Shown piece by piece: positions 40,474 to 50,169 of a stretch of DNA of 64,000 bases; position 1 is the stretch's first letter; the number at the start of each line of letters is the position of its first letter. The position numbers were made by a program, and so were the translations under genes. The notes under the pieces are model-generated. The model was not told where the DNA came from. It saw only the letters and a list, made by a program, of their open reading frames with translations, and made no database searches. Origin of the DNA: an uncultured Candidatus Binatia bacterium (lineage in GTDB: Bacteria > Desulfobacterota > Binatia > Bin18); the NCBI GenBank assembly GCA_965232605.1, contig CBDDQA010000006.1, forward strand, positions 510,548 to 574,547, in the 5' to 3' direction.

Positions 40474-42192
40474 ATGCAAATCTTTCCGACAGGATCAGAA
40501 ATTGAGCGCGCGGCCAACTTACTGGTGAAAAAGTACGATGTTACCGCACAACTCCTGGGAAAGCTCTTCGGTGCTAAGCAACGTGACAATGCGAATAGCA
40601 TTTTGAAATCGCTCGGAAGCGAGCGATTAACGACTTTAGCTGTTGCCCGTCTTCTCGTTCGGCGGGAGGGGCCAGAATTGTTTACAGGAAGCCGAGAAGA
40701 TACTCGCGAACTCCGGCTCCATCTGCTCAGACAACTCGCTGATGAGAAAGTGAAAAAGCTATTCCAGCGGCATATGAGCGATAGTAATGTTTCTTCTCCG
40801 TCACATATGCGTCGGCCATTAGCAAGGAGAAAGTGGTCCGCGGGCAAGCATTGGGCTAGGGATTTCGTAAAGGAGCTTGGGTTCCCACCCATTTTCGCGG
40901 GTATCGCATCGCCCCCCAAGGTTCCAACCATCCAGGATGTGCCCCCGTTAGAAGTCCCTCCTGAACTGGCCGAATTCCAAAAGGGTTTGAAGACAAAGAT
41001 GCTGGATGTCCTGGGACAAAACGGCGACAAAACTCGTTGTGTGGTTACTCTGCCCACTGGTGGGGGAAAGACACGCGTTGCTGTCGAGGCATTCATCGAC
41101 TGGATGCAGCCTCGCTTTGCGGAAGGAAAATACCTCATATGGATAGCGCAAAGTGAGGAACTTTGTGAGCAAGCTATCGCTTGTATTGAGTCGATGTGGG
41201 GTTCGCGACAGTTTGTTGGGCCTCTGCGCATATATCGATTTTTCGGCGGCCGCGACGTTCCAGAGGAAGATCTACGCGGTGGAGCCGTTGTGGCGAGCAT
41301 TCAACAACTTCACAGCCGGATCAAGTCGGGCGACAAATCGTTCGAGACAATTCTTTCCAATACCGGAGCAATGATTATCGATGAGGCCCACCGTGCTGTT
41401 TCACAGATGTACAACGGATTGTTGGACGCTGCTGAAAAGACATGCGGAAGCGATCTGTTTCCAATCTGCGGCCTCACCGCTACGCCAGGACGCCCTGACC
41501 AAGAGACAGACAAGCTCGTAGGCCGATTTGAAGCATACCTGATTAAGCCAGACCTCGGCGCGGAATATGAGAAGTCCCCGCTACGATATTTTCGTGAGCA
41601 TCAGTTTCTTGCTCGGGCATACCATAAATTGTACGGCTCCGGTCCCGAATACACGCTTACGGATGATGAAGCCGAGAAGGTCAAGAGAGAGAAAGATTTA
41701 CCGGCTGAATTTTTGAAACGTCTCGCCGCTGACAGACGGAGAAACCTTCTGGTCATACGTCGTCTTCTGGATTTACCCAAGGGAACTTCCACCCTTGTGT
41801 ATGCCTGCACCGTAGAACACGCCTATTTCCTATCAGCCCTCCTGTCAGCCCAAGGACGAAGCTCAGGAGCCGTCTCCTCGGATACCCCTATCACCCTGCG
41901 ACGTGCGCTAATCCATGATTTCAAAGAGCAAAAAATCGAGTTTCTCTGCAATTATGGAGTCTTGACCACTGGATTCGATGCGCCAAAGGTCAGATGTATC
42001 GCGCTCTGTCGGCCGACGACGAGTGAAGTTCTTTATGAGCAGATTATAGGCCGTGGACTTCGGGGACCTAAATTTGGTGGGACCCCAGAATGCACCATCA
42101 TCGACTTCGCTGATAACATCCTCCGACTCGGTCCTCCCCTTGCTTACAGACGGTTCGAGGACTTTTGGAGTGACCAAACTACTGAGCAATAA
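40474..42192 (+). CDS. SF2 DEAH-box helicase (COG1061/Type III Res-like core) with uncharacterised ~170-aa N-terminal domain
   Basis: Motif I TLPTGGGKT, motif II IIDEAH, motif III LTATP and motif VI QIIGRGLRG. GC is about 50% in a ~64% background. Confidence 0.75.
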   Translation: MQIFPTGSEIERAANLLVKKYDVTAQLLGKLFGAKQRDNANSILKSLGSERLTTLAVARLLVRREGPELFTGSREDTRELRLHLLRQLADEKVKKLFQRHMSDSNVSSPSHMRRPLARRKWSAGKHWARDFVKELGFPPIFAGIASPPKVPTIQDVPPLEVPPELAEFQKGLKTKMLDVLGQNGDKTRCVVTLPTGGGKTRVAVEAFIDWMQPRFAEGKYLIWIAQSEELCEQAIACIESMWGSRQFVGPLRIYRFFGGRDVPEEDLRGGAVVASIQQLHSRIKSGDKSFETILSNTGAMIIDEAHRAVSQMYNGLLDAAEKTCGSDLFPICGLTATPGRPDQETDKLVGRFEAYLIKPDLGAEYEKSPLRYFREHQFLARAYHKLYGSGPEYTLTDDEAEKVKREKDLPAEFLKRLAADRRRNLLVIRRLLDLPKGTSTLVYACTVEHAYFLSALLSAQGRSSGAVSSDTPITLRRALIHDFKEQKIEFLCNYGVLTTGFDAPKVRCIALCRPTTSEVLYEQIIGRGLRGPKFGGTPECTIIDFADNILRLGPPLAYRRFEDFWSDQTTEQ

Positions 42193-42206
42193 CGATCGGA
42201 ATCGCC

Positions 42207-42947
42207 ATGATCAAACTCAGCGTCAACGTCAATAAAATCGCCACCCTGCGCAACGCTCGGGGCGGCGACCAGCCGAATGTCGTCCGGGCCGCCCAGACCT
42301 GCATCGATGCCGGCTGTCACGGCATCACCGTGCATCCCCGCCCGGACGGTCGCCATATTCGCTATCAGGACGTGAGAGACCTGGCCGCCCTGCTCGCAGA
42401 CCACAGCAGTATTGAATTCAATATCGAGGGCTATCCTTCGACCGAGTTTCTGGATTTGGTCTGCCAGGTGCGACCGACCCAGTGCACCCTGGTGCCCGAC
42501 CCGCCAGACGTACTGACCTCAAACACGGGCTGGGACCTCAGCGGCGATGTCACCCGGCTCGGCCAAGTCTTACAGCGTTTACACGACAAGGGCATACGGA
42601 CCAGTCTTTTTCTCGATCCGGATAACGAACAAGTGGGACGAGCAAAAGAGGTCGGCGCGGACCGGATTGAACTCTACACGGAACGCTATGCCCGTCTCTT
42701 CGGCAGTGCCGAGCAAGACCAGGTTTATGCCGCGTATCACGCCGCAGCCCAAACAGCACAGGAAGCCGGCCTGGGGCTGAATGCGGGCCACGATCTTAAC
42801 CTGGAGAACCTGCCCTACTTTGCCGAGCGTGTACCCGGTCTGCTCGAAGTGTCCATCGGCCACGCCCTGATTTGCGACGCGCTCTACATGGGGCTGGTCG
42901 CAAGCGTGAAAGCCTATCTGCGCGCGCTCAAGCCCCAACAAGATTGA
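42207..42947 (+). CDS. pdxJ: pyridoxine 5'-phosphate synthase
   Basis: MIKLSVNVNKIATLRNARGG...HPRPD...GHDLN, a PdxJ hallmark. Confidence 0.85.
   Translation: MIKLSVNVNKIATLRNARGGDQPNVVRAAQTCIDAGCHGITVHPRPDGRHIRYQDVRDLAALLADHSSIEFNIEGYPSTEFLDLVCQVRPTQCTLVPDPPDVLTSNTGWDLSGDVTRLGQVLQRLHDKGIRTSLFLDPDNEQVGRAKEVGADRIELYTERYARLFGSAEQDQVYAAYHAAAQTAQEAGLGLNAGHDLNLENLPYFAERVPGLLEVSIGHALICDALYMGLVASVKAYLRALKPQQD
42869..42930 (+). repeat. direct repeat copy 1 (3' end of pdxJ); ~90% identical to 44420..44482
   Basis: ctgatttgcgacgcgctctacatgg...gaaagcctatctgc is present at both sites. Copy 2 still encodes LICDALYMELAASAKAYLHAL. Confidence 0.65.
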
Positions 42948-42978
42948 CGTGCCTTGAGGACGGCAATACATTGCCTGC

Positions 42979-43263
42979 ATGGCTACACAAACCATCAAAT
43001 CGACGTATTCGCTGGATATCGAATCCGTAAACATATTGGAGGCATTGGCACAACGCTGGAACGTGTCGAAGTCCGAAGTGCTCCGGCGTGCTATTCGGAG
43101 AGTAGCGATGGAGTGGGAGCCAGAGAGTAGTACGGCGCTCAGCGCTCTTGACCAATTGCAGGCTTCTCTCCGTAAGCGCAAGGTCAATACCACACAGTGG
43201 GCACGGACTCTCAATGCTGAGCGCCAAGCGGCTGCTCCACGGCTATCTTCCAAGTCTCAATGA
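42979..43263 (+). CDS. vapB: ribbon-helix-helix antitoxin (VapB/CopG-like)
   Basis: 94 aa immediately upstream of a PIN gene, overlapping it by ATGA. Contains VSKSEVLRRAIRR. Confidence 0.6.
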   Translation: MATQTIKSTYSLDIESVNILEALAQRWNVSKSEVLRRAIRRVAMEWEPESSTALSALDQLQASLRKRKVNTTQWARTLNAERQAAAPRLSSKSQ

Positions 43264-43631
43264 TACACTTGGATACGAGCTTTCTGATCCAAGCCCTGAA
43301 ACCGGGAGCCCCTGAAGATCGCAAACTGCGAATCTGGATTGAAGAAGGCGAAACACTGGTAATGAGTACAGTCGCCTGGGCAGAGTTCCTGTGCGGCCCA
43401 CTTGACCGCTCCGAGATGGAATTGGCCACTGAAATCATCGGCCAGCGTCGAGATTTCACGCCGAAGCACGCTACGATTGCCGCCGGTTTATTTAATGAGT
43501 CGGGCAGGCGGCGTGGCTCGTTGATTGACTGCATGATTGCAGCAACGGCGCTCGCCGATGGCGCGCCCGTCGCGACTGCGAATGTGGCGGACTTTCGTCG
43601 ATTTGAGGATTCCGGCCTGACTATAGCATGA
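43260..43631 (+). CDS. vapC: PIN-domain toxin VapC
   Basis: MIHLDTSFLI...ATANVADFRRF carries the PIN acidic residues. Confidence 0.75.
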   Translation: MIHLDTSFLIQALKPGAPEDRKLRIWIEEGETLVMSTVAWAEFLCGPLDRSEMELATEIIGQRRDFTPKHATIAAGLFNESGRRRGSLIDCMIAATALADGAPVATANVADFRRFEDSGLTIA

Positions 43632-43803
43632 GGGAATTTACTCAACGCTAGTGAGAGCCTACCTGAACGCTCTCAGGTATGAGGCGTAAATCAGCGCGAG
43701 GACAGACCACCCGGCACCGATACGAAGAAACCGCCGTCAGTCGCTTGACACGCCATACCTGATATGAATGCACATAAAAATACACATTAAGAGGTGTAAA
43801 GAA

Positions 43804-44007
43804 ATGCGAACCAATATCGAGCTTGATGCCGAACTTGTTCGGGAGGCGCAGGAATTGAGCCGGATAAAGACCAAGAGGGAACTGATCCACCAGGCGCTGA
43901 AAGAATTCGTCAACCATCGGAAGTGCCTTGATCTGCGGAAACTTGAGGGTTCGAACCTCCTCGACCCGGAGTATGACCACAAGAAACTGCGTGCCGCTGG
44001 GGCCTGA
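43804..44007 (+). CDS. vapB: VapB-type antitoxin (MRTNIELDxELV family)
   Basis: MRTNIELDAELVREAQELS is typical of VapB antitoxins. Lies upstream of a PIN gene. Confidence 0.6.
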   Translation: MRTNIELDAELVREAQELSRIKTKRELIHQALKEFVNHRKCLDLRKLEGSNLLDPEYDHKKLRAAGA

Positions 44008-44013
44008 AACTGC

Positions 44014-44424
44014 ATGTACTTGGTCGATACCTCCGTGTGGGTCGATTACATCCGGGGCCGAGATTGCCAGCACGTCGACTTCCTGCGAGACCTGCTGTCG
44101 AATCCTACCGCCGTCTGGATTACGCACCTGATCTATATGGAGATTCTCCAGGGCGCACGCGACACGGCATCTTTTGATCGACTGCGAAGCTACTTCAGCG
44201 GACAACAATTTTATTCATTCAGCGACATGACCGCAGGTCACACCTCTGCCGCTCGCATCTACCTGGATTGCCGCCAACGCGGTGTCACCGTGCGCTCGAC
44301 TGCGGACTGTTTGATTGCGGCGTGCGCCATACAGTCCAAGACGACCCGGCTGCACCACGACAGAGACTTCGAGCGAATCGCCCTCGTCTTCCCGGCGCTG
44401 AAAGAAAAGAGCTTCCTCGGCTGA
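44014..44424 (+). CDS. vapC: PIN-domain toxin VapC
   Basis: MYLVDTSVWVDYIRG...DCLIAACAI...HDRDFERI. Confidence 0.75.
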   Translation: MYLVDTSVWVDYIRGRDCQHVDFLRDLLSNPTAVWITHLIYMEILQGARDTASFDRLRSYFSGQQFYSFSDMTAGHTSAARIYLDCRQRGVTVRSTADCLIAACAIQSKTTRLHHDRDFERIALVFPALKEKSFLG

Positions 44425-44482
44425 TTTGCGACGCGCTCTACATGGAGCTGGCAGCAAGCGCGAAAGCCTATCTGCACGCTCT
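44420..44482 (+). repeat. direct repeat copy 2 (displaced relic of the pdxJ 3' end)
   Basis: See copy 1 at 42869..42930. Confidence 0.65.
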
Positions 44483-44533
44483 TGGGTATACAGCGTCATA
44501 ATGTGATACAAGGCGATGTAAGGAGGACCCGCC

Positions 44534-45541
44534 ATGCCAGAGCATAAGATTTTTTCGTTAGGGGATTTTCCGCTCGAATGTGGGCTCATTCTGCGCAAGG
44601 CCCAGCTCGCCTATCAGGTCTATGGCGAACTCAACAGCCGCAAGGACAACGCTATCCTGCTGTGCTCGTGGTATTCCGGCGATCACACCGGCTATGAGTT
44701 CTTGATCCGGGAAGGCAAGTGTTTCGACCCAACCAAATACTGTGTGATTGGCGTCAATATGTTCACCAACGGGCTGTCTTCTTCTCCCAACACGACGTCC
44801 ATTCCCATGAATGGCCCGCACTTTCCGGCAACGACCATCCGCGACAATATCCGGGCGCAGCACGCCCTTGTTCAGAGCCTGGGCATTGAGTCGCTCGCCC
44901 TGGTCTCCGGCTACTCAATGGGCGCGCAGCAGTGCTTTCAGTGGGCGGTCAGTTATCCGGATATGGTCGAGCGGATTGCGCCGTGGTGCGGGGCGGCGCG
45001 GACCACCCCGCATACCCATGTCTTTATTGAAGGCTTTACTTCCGCGCTCCGTGCGGACGCGGCCTGGAACCACGGCCATTACGCCCAACCGCCGGCCACG
45101 GGCGTGCGCGCCATGGCCCGGGTGTATGCCGGCTGGGGCCTGTCGCAGGCCTGGTATCGTGAAGAGCTGTACAAGCAGCTCGGCCATCCGAGCGTCGAGG
45201 ATTTCCTGGTCTATTTTTGGGAGAACTTTTTTCTCCAGTGTGACGCCAATAATCTGCTGGCCCAGGCAAAGACGTGGCAGGATCATAATGTCGGAGACTC
45301 GCCGGGATTTGACGGAGACTGGCGCAAAGCGCTGGCCACGGTGTCTGCCAAGGCCATGATTATGCCGGGCCAGACCGATCTCTACTTTCCGCCGGAAGAC
45401 AGCCAGGCAGAGACAGACTGCCTGCCGAACGCCGTGTATCGACCAATCCCGTCGATTTGGGGACATTTGGCGGGAATTGGCATGAATCCAGAGGATAACG
45501 ATTTTATTGACGCAGCGATTCAGGAGTGTTTGGCGTCGTAG
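44534..45541 (+). CDS. homoserine O-acetyltransferase family protein (MetX-like alpha/beta hydrolase)
   Basis: GYSMGAQQ nucleophile elbow. MetX-like N-terminal region. AAGGAGGA ribosome-binding site. Confidence 0.6.
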   Translation: MPEHKIFSLGDFPLECGLILRKAQLAYQVYGELNSRKDNAILLCSWYSGDHTGYEFLIREGKCFDPTKYCVIGVNMFTNGLSSSPNTTSIPMNGPHFPATTIRDNIRAQHALVQSLGIESLALVSGYSMGAQQCFQWAVSYPDMVERIAPWCGAARTTPHTHVFIEGFTSALRADAAWNHGHYAQPPATGVRAMARVYAGWGLSQAWYREELYKQLGHPSVEDFLVYFWENFFLQCDANNLLAQAKTWQDHNVGDSPGFDGDWRKALATVSAKAMIMPGQTDLYFPPEDSQAETDCLPNAVYRPIPSIWGHLAGIGMNPEDNDFIDAAIQECLAS

Positions 45542-45621
45542 GACGGAGCGCGCTAGAGCACTTTGCGATGTTATGTAGGAAGGAGCCTCGGAACCTCCAC
45601 TAGCAACGTCATTCCGGCGCA

Positions 45622-45735
45622 AGCCGGAATCCAGGTTCCCGGCCCTTTCGCCTTCTGGATGCCTGATCACGTCCGGCATGACGAGAGTCCTCTGTACGGC
45701 TAGAGACTACCGTGAGATGCGCCAGGAAGAATCTG
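45622..45735. repeat. ~110-bp interspersed repeat element, copy 2
   Basis: Aligns with 9038..9150. Ends 2 bp before a DUF2283 gene. Confidence 0.5.
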
Positions 45736-45736
45736 T

Positions 45737-45973
45737 ATGCAACTTACTTACGACCCACGTCACAATATTGCCTACCTCCGATTGCAAGAGAAAATCGATC
45801 AAGTCGAAACCATCCGGGTCAGCGAGGAACTCCACATAGACCTCGCTCCGGACGGCACCGTTTACGGTATCGAGTTACTCAACGCTAACCAGCAGTTACA
45901 CGCCGAGGACCAGGGGAAACTGATCGTTATCAACGAGGCCGCTGGAGACCGCCGGGAAATCGACCTCGTCTGA
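45737..45973 (+). CDS. DUF2283-family protein (orphan, no DUF4258 partner)
   Basis: MQLTYDPRHNIAYLRL...GTVYGIELL fits the DUF2283 consensus. Confidence 0.55.
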   Translation: MQLTYDPRHNIAYLRLQEKIDQVETIRVSEELHIDLAPDGTVYGIELLNANQQLHAEDQGKLIVINEAAGDRREIDLV

Positions 45974-46036
45974 TAGCATCCTCACACCTGTCAACCAATC
46001 AAAGTGAGCAAACAGCGTCGGCTGGCTTTTCGGCAA

Positions 46037-46486
46037 CTATCCCCCCGCCTCGGCCTGCCGGGCTAAAGACGCATAACTCACGCCGTCGCCATTGTCGGCA
46101 TTCACCGGCAGGCCGGCTTCCTGCCAGCCGGCGATGGCCTGGCCCTGCTGGTCTTGCCCGCCACCAAAGCCGCCCATCATATTCGAGACCTGCGTATACC
46201 CGGCCTGTTGCATGATCTCGGCGGCGCGTTGCGAACGACCACCGGCCTGACAGCCGACCACGACAGTGGACTCTTTGGGTATGGTCGCTTCAACCACGGC
46301 TAAGAAGTGCGGGTTCGGGACCGGGCGACCGGCGGCTTGATCAAAAAAGACCACGGGAATATTGATGGCGCGCTCGGGGTGGCCGGCCTGGAATTCCGCC
46401 TCGGTGCGCACGTCCAGGTAGACGACTGCGGCGTCCTGGCTCAGCGTCTGCTGAGCTTCCGGTGGGGTTATTTGCGTAATGGCCAT
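46037..46486 (-). CDS. rhodanese-like sulfurtransferase domain protein
   Basis: VVYLDVRTEAEFQAGH...VVGCQAGGRS with an active-site Cys loop. Confidence 0.75.
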   Translation of the reverse strand: MAITQITPPEAQQTLSQDAAVVYLDVRTEAEFQAGHPERAINIPVVFFDQAAGRPVPNPHFLAVVEATIPKESTVVVGCQAGGRSQRAAEIMQQAGYTQVSNMMGGFGGGQDQQGQAIAGWQEAGLPVNADNGDGVSYASLARQAEAGG

Positions 46487-46631
46487 AGGTACAACCTCCC
46501 TTTTGTTGGTATAGGCGGGTCTGATATGGAAATACCCGCTTACGCAGTCAGCATATTCCTGACCCCCGGCAATCCGTCAAGCGAGGCACGAACGAGAGTG
46601 CAAAAGACCAAGCAGGAAAGAGGAGAACGCA

Positions 46632-47423
46632 ATGGAAGAAGCCGTCTATTGGAGTCGTGAAGGCAGTATTGCAACCATTACCCTCAACCGTCCGGCCCAG
46701 TTTAACGTGATGAATAATGAACTCTCGGCCGGCCTGCGCAAAGCCCTGATGGAGTGCTGGGATGATGACGAGGTGCGGGCGGTAATCCTCACCGGGAACG
46801 GCAGGGCGTTCAGCGGTGGCGGCGATATCAAGTTCTTTGTCGAAGCCCTGGCACGGCAGAATATCATTCCGAGCCTGGAGAAAATGATGCCTGTCCTGCA
46901 CGCGGCTATTGCCATGATTCGCGAAATTCCCAAACCTGTCATTGCCGCGCTCAACGGCGTGGCCGCCGGCGGCGGGTTCGGTTTGGCGCTTGCCTGCGAT
47001 TTCCGCATTGCTTCGCCCCAGGTCAATCTCGTCACCGCTTTTCTGGGTATTGGCGCGAGCCCGGACTCCAGCTCCACCTTTTTTCTGCCGCGTTACGTCG
47101 GACTGGCCAAGGCGACCGAAATGTTTTTGCGTAACAAACCTGTTCCGGCCGAAGAGGCGTTGAACCTGGGGCTACTGACCGCAGTGGTCGAGCCCGACCA
47201 GGTGATGGCTGAGGCGAAAAAGTTAGCTGAAGAATTGTCCCAGGGTCCGACCGCCGCCTTTGGACGGACCAAACTGCTGCTCAATCAAAGCCTCGGCAAC
47301 TCCTTACACGAACAACTGCACAGCGAAGCCCGCTCGATCACCCTGTCGATGGGAACGCCTGATTTCGCGGAGGGAATTACCGCCTTTGTAGAGAAACGCA
47401 AAGCCCAGTTCACGGGCAAGTAA
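46632..47423 (+). CDS. enoyl-CoA hydratase/isomerase (crotonase family)
   Basis: ITLNRPAQFN...AALNGVAAGGG motifs. Confidence 0.8.
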   Translation: MEEAVYWSREGSIATITLNRPAQFNVMNNELSAGLRKALMECWDDDEVRAVILTGNGRAFSGGGDIKFFVEALARQNIIPSLEKMMPVLHAAIAMIREIPKPVIAALNGVAAGGGFGLALACDFRIASPQVNLVTAFLGIGASPDSSSTFFLPRYVGLAKATEMFLRNKPVPAEEALNLGLLTAVVEPDQVMAEAKKLAEELSQGPTAAFGRTKLLLNQSLGNSLHEQLHSEARSITLSMGTPDFAEGITAFVEKRKAQFTGK

Positions 47424-47443
47424 CTCCACGCTCGGGGAGAAAG

Positions 47444-48424
47444 ATGCAAGCCATTACCATTGCAGCGCCGGGCGGCCCGGACGTGCTCAAGCTGAGTACC
47501 GCCCCTGATCCGCTCCCCAGCCCCGAACAGATTCTCGTGCGGGTGCGGGCAACCGCCCTCAACCGGGCGGATACGCTCCAGCGTCAGGGCCAATATCCAC
47601 CGCCGCCGGGCGAGTCCGCTATCCTCGGACTCGAACTCGCCGGAGAAGTGGAAGCCCTGGGCTCGGCAGTCACCACGATTGCCGTGGGCGAGCGTGTCTT
47701 CGGCCTGGTCGGCGGGGGCGGCTATGCGGAAAAAGCGGTCATTGATGCCCGCATGGCCATGCCGATTCCCGAGGGTTGGAGCTTCGCCCAAGCCGCAGCC
47801 GTCCCAGAGGTGTATTTCACCGCTCAGGAAACGATTTTCACCCTGGCCGACCTGAAGCGGGGCGAAACCATTCTGATCCACGCCGGAGCGAGCGGAGTGG
47901 GAACGGCCGGTATTCAGATGGCCCGTGAGACCGGTGCAACCGTGCTGGTCACAGCCGGTTCAGCCGAGAAAATCCAACGCTGTGTGGATCTCGGGGCGAC
48001 CGCCGGCTGTAACTACAAAGAGCAGGACTTCGCCGAGTGGGTACAGCACACCACCAATGGAAAAGGCGTCGATGTCATCGAGGATTTTATTGGCGCGGCG
48101 TATTGGGACAAGAACCTCAAAAGCCTCACACTGGGCGGCCGGCTGGTCCTCGTCGGCGTGATGGGCGGCGTCAAAGTAGAGACGAATCTGGGGCTGATTC
48201 TGAGAAAACGCCTCCAGGTGTTTGGCTCCGTGCTACGCACTCGCACCCTGGCCGATAAAATCGATATCACCCGCCGTTTTCAGGCCAACTGGCTGCCGCT
48301 TTTAACTGCAAGAAGAATCAAGCCCATTATTGATTGCCGCTTTCCCTTGGAGCGGGCAGCCGAGGCGCATCAATACATGGAGGACAATAAGAATTTCGGC
48401 AAAATTATTCTGGAAGTCCCCTGA
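47444..48424 (+). CDS. NADPH:quinone oxidoreductase (MDR/zinc-type ADH family)
   Basis: GASGVGTAGIQ Rossmann motif and Qor-like length. Confidence 0.8.
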   Translation: MQAITIAAPGGPDVLKLSTAPDPLPSPEQILVRVRATALNRADTLQRQGQYPPPPGESAILGLELAGEVEALGSAVTTIAVGERVFGLVGGGGYAEKAVIDARMAMPIPEGWSFAQAAAVPEVYFTAQETIFTLADLKRGETILIHAGASGVGTAGIQMARETGATVLVTAGSAEKIQRCVDLGATAGCNYKEQDFAEWVQHTTNGKGVDVIEDFIGAAYWDKNLKSLTLGGRLVLVGVMGGVKVETNLGLILRKRLQVFGSVLRTRTLADKIDITRRFQANWLPLLTARRIKPIIDCRFPLERAAEAHQYMEDNKNFGKIILEVP

Positions 48425-48469
48425 GCACGGTCTCAGGCAGGGACGGCCTCAGCCGTCCCTCACCCAGGT

Positions 48470-50062
48470 CTAGGCCCGCTTGAGCGTCAGTACGCTTCCC
48501 TCGCCGTCAGCAGCAATATAGACCGTCCCGTCTCCACCCACGGCCAGGCCGGAGAATGGAGTGAGCGGCCCCTGGATCAGACCGGCAATCCCCATGAGGA
48601 TTTGCGGTGTCACCCCAGGCTGGGCGCCGACCGGCAGGCCGGAAGCAATCGTCTGTTGCTGTTTTGTGCCGAGCGACACCGCAACGAGCTCTTTGCTGCC
48701 TGTGTCAACAATCAGGAGTTGATCGCCAAGCAGGCCGAGTCCCTGGGGCGACGACAGGCCCTCGACCACGGCTGAGCTGCCACCGTTCACCTGCGACACC
48801 TGGCCTTTGTCGGGCTCGCTGACATAGCACGAGCCGTCATCGGCCACGACCACTCCATTCGGTCGGCCAAGACCTCGGGCCAGGACGGTGACGTTGCCAT
48901 CTGCGGTCACCTTGAGCAGGCGTCCCTCGCCACCCTCTGCGACCACCACCGCCCCGTCCTGGGTCGGCGCGAGACTATAGAGTTCGTTGAGTTCGCTGAC
49001 CAGGGTCTGCGACTCGCGGGTGCCGAAATTATACAAGACGACTTCGCCGGCTGAGGTCGTCACATACACATTGTTATCCGGGCCGGCGGCAATGCCACGG
49101 ATAAAGCCGGGGTAGCCCTCCTGGGTAAACATCGTCGGGCGGCTGACCTGCCCGTCCCGGCTGACGGATATCATGCTCATGCCATCGGCCGCATAGACAG
49201 TGCCGTCACCGGTCACGGTGATGCCGAACGGACCGAGCAAACCCGCGGGCACCAGGACGCGCTCGCTTCCGTCCGCCAGAATCTCAGCGACCCCACCGTC
49301 CACAAAGTGGGAAATAAAGAGGCGGTTGTCATCGGCAAAGGCCAGATTATCGATCCCTGGGCGGACGTTTGCGACAACAGTCTTTTCTCCGCTCTGGATA
49401 TCGATCCTGGTCACTTCCCCGCTGGCGGCCTGGGTTGTGGTCAGCAGGCCGTTCTGGTCAAACTTGACCGCAGTCGGAACGGCAAAGCCGGACATGAAGC
49501 GTTCAGGCGCGCCGCCTTCGAGCGGGCAGCGCCAGATTTCGCCCGCCGCGATCTGCGGGAAGTACAGCTTGCCATCAGGCCCAACCGAGAGGGCGTTGGG
49601 CAGCGGCAGGTTCTCGGCGATGACCCGTGGCTCTCGACCGTCCGGATACAGCTCAAACAGGCGTCCGCCGGGTCGGCACTCATCCATGAACAAGCGGTCC
49701 TGATGGGCGGTGATGCCGTTTGCCGCGGGGACATTATCCGCAATGACCCGGACCTCGCCGCTGGGTGTGCGGGCGCTGACCCGCGCGCTCATCACCTCGG
49801 TCACATACATGACATCGTGCGAATCAAAGGCGATGTCATCCGGCGCCACAATCGGCCCGCCGACCGGCGAAATGGTTTCACACGCGCCGCTGCCAGTATC
49901 GACCGCGCTCACCTGGCTGCCAAACGCCTGGACCACGTAGAGTTTCCCGTCCGAGCCCATGCGCATCCCGTTCGCCCCGAACAATCCGCTGGGCGACGAC
50001 AGCCGCGCCAACTGCCAGCCGGCCGCGGCCTGGGGCTGTGTGTTTTCTCCGTACCGATTCAT
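48470..50062 (-). CDS. NHL-repeat / SMP-30-gluconolactonase-like beta-propeller protein
   Basis: Repeated blade-like motifs (GxxxxGxxYVxD) through 530 aa. Confidence 0.55.
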   Translation of the reverse strand: MNRYGENTQPQAAAGWQLARLSSPSGLFGANGMRMGSDGKLYVVQAFGSQVSAVDTGSGACETISPVGGPIVAPDDIAFDSHDVMYVTEVMSARVSARTPSGEVRVIADNVPAANGITAHQDRLFMDECRPGGRLFELYPDGREPRVIAENLPLPNALSVGPDGKLYFPQIAAGEIWRCPLEGGAPERFMSGFAVPTAVKFDQNGLLTTTQAASGEVTRIDIQSGEKTVVANVRPGIDNLAFADDNRLFISHFVDGGVAEILADGSERVLVPAGLLGPFGITVTGDGTVYAADGMSMISVSRDGQVSRPTMFTQEGYPGFIRGIAAGPDNNVYVTTSAGEVVLYNFGTRESQTLVSELNELYSLAPTQDGAVVVAEGGEGRLLKVTADGNVTVLARGLGRPNGVVVADDGSCYVSEPDKGQVSQVNGGSSAVVEGLSSPQGLGLLGDQLLIVDTGSKELVAVSLGTKQQQTIASGLPVGAQPGVTPQILMGIAGLIQGPLTPFSGLAVGGDGTVYIAADGEGSVLTLKRA

Positions 50063-50169
50063 ATTCCCCTCCTTCAGTCGTGTACTCTCTATCTATTGTC
50101 CTTTGAATACAGGTTTTCTCCGCTCCCGCAACGCTTGATAGTAAACGACGGGTTTTGGATAGTACCCTT

